Shown here: piece after piece, positions 18,582-24,000 of the stretch
Layout of the letters: every line of letters starts with the position of its first letter
Numbering within the stretch: position 1 is the stretch's first letter
Assembly (NCBI RefSeq): GCF_009996845.1
Contig: NZ_JAACYS010000015.1
Coordinates: 24,474-48,473 of the forward strand
Length of the DNA: 24,000 nt
Reading direction: 5' to 3'
Origin: Pallidibacillus pasinlerensis
GTDB taxonomy: Bacteria; Bacillota; Bacilli; Bacillales; Caldibacillaceae
Position numbers and translations under genes: made by a program
Notes under the pieces: generated by a model
The model's input: the letters and a program-made list of their open reading frames with translations, nothing else
Databases searched by the model: none
What the model was told of the DNA's origin: nothing

Positions 18582-18634
18582 ACCTAATATTTACTTTATA
18601 TCTTCATTTTGAATAAAAATTTAATAAAAATTTC

Positions 18635-18665
18635 AGGGGCTAATGCAAGCCTCTTTATTTATTTT
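18635..18665 (+). terminator. Probable terminator after the tandem P-loop ATPase gene
   Basis: aggggct (18635-18641) pairs with agcctct (18648-18654), including one G-U pair, followed by ttatttatttt. Confidence 0.5.
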
Positions 18666-18794
18666 ATAAAGTTTAATATTATTTTATTAAGTTAGTTTTT
18701 TTCACACATTAATGATAATTTTTATTAATAATTCACATAGGGCTAAAATTGGAATTATATAATATATTTATAGATGAAATTGGGAGGAATTAGT

Positions 18795-19337
18795 TTGAAA
18801 ACATCACTTTCAAAAGAGATTGGTTCATGGATTAAAGCAATAGCAATTGCGTTTATCATCGTATTTATATGTAGAAAATATTTATTTACAGCTACAACCG
18901 TTTATGGAGAATCGATGGAACCAACTTTTTCTGAATTTGATCGGATTATTGTAGGAAAACATACGAGTATTGAACGGTTTGATATTATTGTATTTCAATC
19001 ACCAGACTCTGACGAATATTATATTAAAAGAGTTATTGGCCTCCCAGGTGATCATATTGAAATGAAGGATAATATTTTATATATAAACGGTAAAAAGCAT
19101 CTCGAACCATATTTAATGAATGAAAATGTACAACAATTTCGAAATGCTACAGGTGATTTTACATTGCAAGAACTGACAGGTAAAGACGTTGTGCCGGAAG
19201 AAACTTTATTTGTTTTAGGAGACAATCGATTAAACAGTTATGACAGTCGTTTTTTTGGATTTGTTCCATTTAATACTGTTTTAGGTGAAGTTAAATTCCG
19301 TTACTATCCACTTGAAGAAATCGGGATGCCAAAATAA
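18795..19337 (+). CDS. Signal peptidase I (SipS/SipT type)
   Basis: The start is TTG 18795 after gggagga. It has an N-terminal TM anchor, the catalytic Ser box GESMEPTF, the Lys box YIKRVIGLPGD and the GDNRLNSYDSRFFG box. Confidence 0.9.
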   Translation: MKTSLSKEIGSWIKAIAIAFIIVFICRKYLFTATTVYGESMEPTFSEFDRIIVGKHTSIERFDIIVFQSPDSDEYYIKRVIGLPGDHIEMKDNILYINGKKHLEPYLMNENVQQFRNATGDFTLQELTGKDVVPEETLFVLGDNRLNSYDSRFFGFVPFNTVLGEVKFRYYPLEEIGMPK

Positions 19338-19352
19338 AGTTAGTTTACATGT

Positions 19353-19377
19353 GGGCTGATTTAATCAGCCCTATTTT
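19353..19377 (+). terminator. Intrinsic terminator after the signal peptidase gene
   Basis: gggctga (19353-19359) pairs with tcagccc (19365-19371) around a 5-nt loop, followed by tatttt. Confidence 0.75.
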
Positions 19378-19434
19378 AATTATATATAGTTTTTCCGAAT
19401 TGAAATTGTTATAATTCTACTGAGGTGAAAGAGT

Positions 19435-19944
19435 TTGAAACAACAAGAGATTAAAATGAAGGATACTAAAGTGACAAAAACATCACTTGTTTTGCCACCT
19501 GATACAAATTCCCATGGCACTTTATTTGGCGGTAAATTACTATCATACATAGATGATATTGCTTCAATATCTGCATTGAAACTTTGTCGAAAACCAGTTG
19601 TAACCGCGTCAATCGATTCAGTAGACTTTATTCAACCAATTCGTGAAGGTGATGCTGTCACATTAGAAGCAATGGTAACATGGACAGGACAAACTTCGAT
19701 GGAAGTACTTGTAAAAATTACAACGGAAGACTTATTGACAGGAGAAAAAGTTTTGGCAGCTTTATCATTTCTTACTTTCGTCGCACTAGATGAAAATGGA
19801 AAACCAACCTTAGTTCCGAAGGTAGTTCCTGAAACAGATAAGGAAAAATGGTTAAATTCTGGTGGTGAACAACGAGCAAAATATAGAAAGATGCGGAGAT
19901 CCCATAGTAAAGAGCTCATTGAATTTTTCAATGATAACGAATAG
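19435..19944 (+). CDS. Acyl-CoA thioesterase (hotdog fold, YkhA-like)
   Basis: TTG 19435 lies 7 nt after gaggtg. LPPDTNSHGTLFGGKLLSYIDDIASISA and SIDSVDFIQPIREGD are typical of the acyl-CoA hydrolase hotdog family. Confidence 0.8.
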   Translation: MKQQEIKMKDTKVTKTSLVLPPDTNSHGTLFGGKLLSYIDDIASISALKLCRKPVVTASIDSVDFIQPIREGDAVTLEAMVTWTGQTSMEVLVKITTEDLLTGEKVLAALSFLTFVALDENGKPTLVPKVVPETDKEKWLNSGGEQRAKYRKMRRSHSKELIEFFNDNE

Positions 19945-19959
19945 TTAGGAGTGGCTGAA

Positions 19960-20529
19960 GTGAAAAGATGTGGTTGGGTAACAGATGACCCGATATACAT
20001 TCAGTATCATGACAATGAATGGGGAGTACCAGTATTTGATGATCAACAACTATTCGAAATGCTAACTCTAGAAGGAGCACAAGCTGGATTAAGCTGGATT
20101 ACAATATTAAAGCGACGAGAAAATTATAAACAGGCCTTTGATCAATTTATCATTGAAAAGGTAGCGAATTATTCTGAGGAAAAAATACAAGCTTTACTTC
20201 AAAACGAAAAAATTATTCGTAACGAGAAAAAAATTCGTTCTGCTGTTACAAATGCAAAACGAATTATAGATATACAAGAAGAATACGGTAGTTTCTCAAA
20301 TTTTCTCTGGAGCTATGTAAACCATCAACCAATTATTAATCATTGGTCAACGCTAGAAGAAGTTCCTGCAAATACTGAATTAAGCAAAACGATTAGTAAA
20401 GATTTAAAGAAAAGAAGCTTTGCATTTATAGGTCCGACTATTATTTATTCATTTATGCAAGCAATTGGTATGGTTAATGATCATCTAATTACATGTTTTT
20501 GTCATCCAAATCAAAAAGGATTCAATTGA
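19960..20529 (+). CDS. tag: DNA-3-methyladenine glycosylase I
   Basis: GTG 19960 lies 8 nt after aggag. The product starts VKRCGWVTDDPIYIQYHDNEWGVPVFDDQQLFEMLTLEGAQAGLSWITILKRRENYKQAF, close to E. coli Tag (MERCGWVSQDPLYIAYHDNEWGVP...) as I recall it. It is 189 aa. Confidence 0.9.
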   Translation: MKRCGWVTDDPIYIQYHDNEWGVPVFDDQQLFEMLTLEGAQAGLSWITILKRRENYKQAFDQFIIEKVANYSEEKIQALLQNEKIIRNEKKIRSAVTNAKRIIDIQEEYGSFSNFLWSYVNHQPIINHWSTLEEVPANTELSKTISKDLKKRSFAFIGPTIIYSFMQAIGMVNDHLITCFCHPNQKGFN

Positions 20530-20617
20530 TATACAATCTAGATGATTTAAAGGTCTTATTTACCATAACTATACTAGTATTGATTTTAAAAACTTATAAC
20601 GCTTAATCATACAATAG

Positions 20618-20663
20618 CCTGACTGAATGAAATGTACATAGGATTTCTAGGTCAGGTTTTTTT
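20618..20663 (+). terminator. Probable terminator after tag
   Basis: Outer stem cctgac (20618-20623) pairs with gtcagg (20651-20656). An inner gaaat/atttc pairing is also possible. The T-run tttttt follows. Confidence 0.55.
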
Positions 20664-20679
20664 CTTTTAAAAAAGAATA

Positions 20680-20707
20680 TTGCAATCGATCTATTATCAG
20701 TTATAAT
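20680..20707 (+). promoter_or_regulatory. Orphan near-consensus sigma-A promoter about 385 nt upstream of the acyl-CoA ligase gene
   Basis: TTGCAA (20680-20685), a 16-nt spacer, then TATAAT (20702-20707). No supported ORF lies immediately downstream. Confidence 0.35.
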
Positions 20708-21091
20708 ATAATTAAACTTCAGAATATAAAAAATATTAAGGAAATAAATAACAAGATGACAAATCTCTCCTCCTCCTATGAGTGATATAGAAAATGAAGT
20801 TTACATATTTAAACCTTTTATCCCATTATTAATTAATTAGTATAGATACACCTTGTATCGAAATCGCTTACAATGCATTTTTCAAAAACCATATTTTCTA
20901 TGACATTTAATAAACAACAGACCAATGTTTTACTCACTTTATATATTACATCTATATATAACAATGCCATGCTTTTTATGAATAGTTGAATATTTGGGGG
21001 TGATAATTAATTTATCAATTTTGTATATCGAAAAGTAAATGTCAAGGAGTATTAATAAAAATGGCAACTGTCTGTTAAGAGGAGGGTTTTT

Positions 21092-22702
21092 ATGTCTAAT
21101 AAAGTTTGGCAAAAATTTTATCCCGCACATATTAAAAGTGAAATAGACATACCAAATGTCTCATTACCTGAAATGTTAAATGAAACAATTAAAAAATATC
21201 CTAATCATGCTGCTATATACTTTTTTGGAAAGGAAATTTCTTATACACAATTAGGAAAGTTAACCGATCTATTTGGAGCGGCATTGCAGGAAAAAGGGAT
21301 AAAAAAGGGCGAACGAGTAGCCATTATGTTACCTAACTGTCCGCAATATATTATTAGTTACTATGGAACATTGAAGGCAGGAAATATAGTAACACAAGTG
21401 AACCCAATGTATACTCCGCATGAATTAGAATACCTCCTAAAAGACTCAAGTGCAAAAGCAATTGTCGTTTATGAACCATTAATCCCAGTTTTACAACAAG
21501 TCATTGATAAAACCTCTATCGAACTCGTTATAAAAGTAAACTTCAAAGGGGTCACTAGTCAAGAAGAGGCTATTATTGACTTCGATACATTTATAACATC
21601 CGCAAAAAAACCTATTCAACAAGTTAACATTAAACCGGAAGAAGATATTGCAGTTTTACAATATACGGGTGGAACGACTGGACGTTCAAAAGGTGCTATG
21701 TTGACCCATCGAAATTTGTACGCAAATGTTCTACAATGCTACGAGTTTTTTAAAGACTTTATCAATCTTGGAGAGGATCGCAGATTATCCGTTATACCGT
21801 TTTTCCATGTGTATGGTATGACATCATGTATGAATTTAACTATTTTTACAGGCTCAATGAATATTATTCTACCAAGATTTGAAGTGGAAGAAGTTTTAGA
21901 AACAATTAAAAACACAAAACCAACATCATTCCCTGGTGTTCCAACGATGTATATAGCCTTAATTAACCACCCGAATGCACAAAAATACGGAATTGATAGT
22001 ATTAAAGTCGTAAATAGTGGTAGTGCTCCAATGCCTGTTGAAGTGATGAAGTCCTTTGAACAACAGACAGGGGCAAAAATTCTCGAAGGTTATGGATTAT
22101 CTGAAGCCTCTCCGACAACACACTGTAACCCGATATTCGGTACGAGGAAACCTGGTAGTGTTGGGATAGGTTTACCGAATACAGATTATAAAATAGTTGA
22201 TTTAGAAACGGGTACTCAAGACTTAAAACCTGGCGAAATTGGAGAGTTGATTATTAAAGGACCACAAGTGATGAAAGGTTATTGGAATATGCCAGAAGAA
22301 ACAGCGAATACACTTAGAAATGGGTGGTTATTCACAGGAGATATCGCTTATATGGATGATGATGGTTATTTATATATTGTAGATAGGAAAAAAGATATGA
22401 TTATTGCTAGTGGTTATAATGTTTATCCACGGGAAGTGGAAGAAGTACTTTATGAACATCCTTCAATAAAAGAGGCTGTTGTCATTGGCGTTCCTGATGC
22501 ATATCGAGGGGAAAATGTGAAAGCCGTTGTTGTTTTAAAAGAAGGTGAACACTTAAGTGAAAATGAGTTAATGGATTACTGTCGGGAAAAACTAGCATCG
22601 TACAAAGTACCTAGAATAGTAGAGTTTCGAGAAGAATTACCGAAATCAAGTATAGGAAAAATTTTACGAAGAACAATAAGAGAAGAAACATTAGAAAAAT
22701 AA
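21092..22702 (+). CDS. lcfA: Long-chain-fatty-acid--CoA ligase (AMP-binding family)
   Basis: 536 aa with RBS gaggagg. It has the AMP-binding signature YTGGTTGRSKGA, plus GYGLSE, TGDIAYMDDDGYLYIVDRKKD and the C-terminal SSIGKILRR. The gene symbol is by analogy only. Confidence 0.85.
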   Translation: MSNKVWQKFYPAHIKSEIDIPNVSLPEMLNETIKKYPNHAAIYFFGKEISYTQLGKLTDLFGAALQEKGIKKGERVAIMLPNCPQYIISYYGTLKAGNIVTQVNPMYTPHELEYLLKDSSAKAIVVYEPLIPVLQQVIDKTSIELVIKVNFKGVTSQEEAIIDFDTFITSAKKPIQQVNIKPEEDIAVLQYTGGTTGRSKGAMLTHRNLYANVLQCYEFFKDFINLGEDRRLSVIPFFHVYGMTSCMNLTIFTGSMNIILPRFEVEEVLETIKNTKPTSFPGVPTMYIALINHPNAQKYGIDSIKVVNSGSAPMPVEVMKSFEQQTGAKILEGYGLSEASPTTHCNPIFGTRKPGSVGIGLPNTDYKIVDLETGTQDLKPGEIGELIIKGPQVMKGYWNMPEETANTLRNGWLFTGDIAYMDDDGYLYIVDRKKDMIIASGYNVYPREVEEVLYEHPSIKEAVVIGVPDAYRGENVKAVVVLKEGEHLSENELMDYCREKLASYKVPRIVEFREELPKSSIGKILRRTIREETLEK

Positions 22703-22747
22703 AAAAATCAGTTAATTCTTTTCCGTCAATTTTATAAAAATTTTATT

Positions 22748-22770
22748 GGAAGCAGCTTTCTTGGCTGCTT
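22748..22770. terminator. Hairpin after the acyl-CoA ligase gene (terminator candidate, weak T-run)
   Basis: gaagcagc (22748-22755) pairs with gctgcttc (22763-22770) around a 7-nt loop. The downstream T-tract on the + strand is poor. Confidence 0.45.
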
Positions 22771-22939
22771 CTACTATTGTATTAAAAGTAATATTGAATA
22801 CTTGCTAAAAAGATTAAGTAGCCTTAAAATGAAAATATAGTCCGAAAAATCTGAAATAACAAATAAATCGATCGATAAAATTAATTTACCTTAACTAGAA
22901 TAATACAAATACTATTAGATAGTTTGAAAGGATGATTGA

Positions 22940-23683
22940 ATGAGGTTGCAAGGTAAGGTAACGATTATTACCGGTGGAGGAGGTGGGATTGGTAGAGCTA
23001 CAGCAGTTCGCTTTGCTCAAGAAGGTGCACGACTTTTGATAGCAGATTTAAATGAAGAAGAAAGTATTACAACAGTTAATTTAGTAAAAGAAATAGGCGG
23101 TACTGCTGAATTTATTAGAACTGATGTTACGAAAGCGGAAGAAGTAGAAAAAATGGTAGATGAGACAATACGTATATTCGGAAAACTAGATATTTTATTT
23201 AATAATGCAGGAACAGGAAGCGGTGAGAAAAAAATTCCTGATATTAACCTTGAAGACTGGCAGCGGGTAATTGATGTTAATTTAACAGGAGTTTTCCTCG
23301 GATTAAAATATGCATTACCTAAAATGCAGTCAGGAGGTGCAATAATAAACACATCTAGTATTGCTGGAATAAAAGGACAAAAACTACTTGGACCTTACAC
23401 CGCTTCGAAAAGTAGTGTAATTGCATTAACAAAAGCAGCCTCAACAGAATTTGGTAGGAAAAATATACGTGTAAATGCAATTGCACCTGGAGTAATAGAA
23501 ACTAACATGGTAAGTGATTGGAAAAAAACCGATAAATGGCCTATTTTATCTACCGCAAATGCTTTAAAAAGAATTGGAAAACCAGAAGAAGTTGCCAATG
23601 CGGTATTATTTTTAGTATCAGATGAAGCTTCTTTTATTACTGGAGAAACTTTAATAATAGATGGTGGAACTTTAAATCTTTGA
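22940..23683 (+). CDS. Short-chain dehydrogenase/reductase (3-oxoacyl/3-hydroxyacyl reductase-like)
   Basis: 247 aa with RBS aaggatg. It has the cofactor motif TGGGGGIG, then NNAG and the catalytic S...YTASK. Confidence 0.85.
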   Translation: MRLQGKVTIITGGGGGIGRATAVRFAQEGARLLIADLNEEESITTVNLVKEIGGTAEFIRTDVTKAEEVEKMVDETIRIFGKLDILFNNAGTGSGEKKIPDINLEDWQRVIDVNLTGVFLGLKYALPKMQSGGAIINTSSIAGIKGQKLLGPYTASKSSVIALTKAASTEFGRKNIRVNAIAPGVIETNMVSDWKKTDKWPILSTANALKRIGKPEEVANAVLFLVSDEASFITGETLIIDGGTLNL

Positions 23684-23853
23684 AATTAAAATATAAAGCA
23701 ATGTGTAGAAGAGCTTAATTGATTAATAAAATTTACAGAAAAAGGTAAAAAGTTGAAACATAGAAACTCGTGACGTTACATTTGATTTTGATTATAGTAA
23801 TTTACAGACTCATAAGTATCAAAACTTATGTAAGTAAAAATTTCAATGTTTAT

Positions 23854-23871
23854 TGATTGAATATTCATTCA
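23854..23871. promoter_or_regulatory. Candidate FadR (YsiA)-type operator upstream of the enoyl-CoA hydratase gene
   Basis: TGATTGA-atat-TCATTCA has one mismatch to the TGAATGA-N4-TCATTCA palindrome that I recall as the Bacillus FadR/YsiA box. It lies 40 nt upstream of the ATG. Confidence 0.4.
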
Positions 23872-23910
23872 ATATATCAATTTATAAAATAAAAATTAGG
23901 AGGTTTTACA

Positions 23911-24000
23911 ATGTCTGAAAAACATGTATTAAAAGAAGTGTTAGATGGCGTTTTATATTTAAAATTAAATCGTCCTGAACGATTAAATGCCTTTAGTCCA
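23911..24000 (+). CDS. Enoyl-CoA hydratase/isomerase family protein, 3' end cut by window edge
   Basis: RBS taggagg precedes ATG 23911. MSEKHVLKEVLDGVLYLKLNRPERLNAFSP is the typical crotonase N-terminus (LNRPE..NA). Confidence 0.75.
   Translation, partial: MSEKHVLKEVLDGVLYLKLNRPERLNAFSP

Noticed and set aside
18612-18633. Tandem duplication aataaaaattt x2 downstream of the ATPase gene.
   Set aside because: Only two copies of a low-complexity A/T motif in an intergenic spacer. It may contribute to DNA curvature, but nothing suggests a discrete element.
20939-21130. 63-aa minus-strand ORF, plus tiny + strand ORFs in the 20664-21091 spacer: MTNLSSSYE at about 20756, a 12-codon ORF at about 20793 and a 38-codon ORF at 20873.
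   Set aside because: None has a credible RBS. The minus ORF overlaps the acyl-CoA ligase start and RBS, the sequences are low-complexity, and none has recognisable motifs.

Overview
AT-rich chromosomal segment from an endospore-forming Bacillaceae genome. It is almost entirely conserved core genes, and gene order follows two B. subtilis neighbourhoods: spoVK-hflX(ynbA)-ynbB-[glnR]-glnA and lexA/yneA-yneB-ynzC-sirA(yneE)-yneF-ccdA-ccdB(yneI)-yneK. Relative to B. subtilis as I recall it, added material includes an FMN-riboswitch-controlled ribE-ribB-ribH cluster and a heterodimeric ABC exporter pair. Downstream lie a coaW-like kinase, a tandem P-loop ATPase, sipS, an acyl-CoA thioesterase and tag, then a fatty-acid degradation cluster (acyl-CoA ligase, SDR, enoyl-CoA hydratase). 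I support 25 CDS (two cut by the window edges), 2 pseudogenes, 1 riboswitch, SOS operators, several promoters and terminators. I found no tRNA/rRNA, CRISPR array, IS element or prophage, and I do not see a convincing novel multi-gene system such as a defence island. The observations most worth a second look are: (1) glnR is missing and an alkD-like gene with three lesions sits in its place, and the glnA leader carries a long inverted repeat; (2) the riboswitch-controlled rib operon lacks ribD and the GTP cyclohydrolase II domain; (3) a 61-aa LexA-controlled membrane peptide without a LysM domain sits in the yneA position; (4) the coaW-like gene carries a single-base frameshift and is followed by an uncharacterised, internally duplicated double Walker-A ATPase; (5) a 560-bp non-coding region upstream of the acyl-CoA ligase holds an orphan promoter and a CU-rich box. 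All family assignments rest on motifs read by eye and on remembered homologues. No database search was run.
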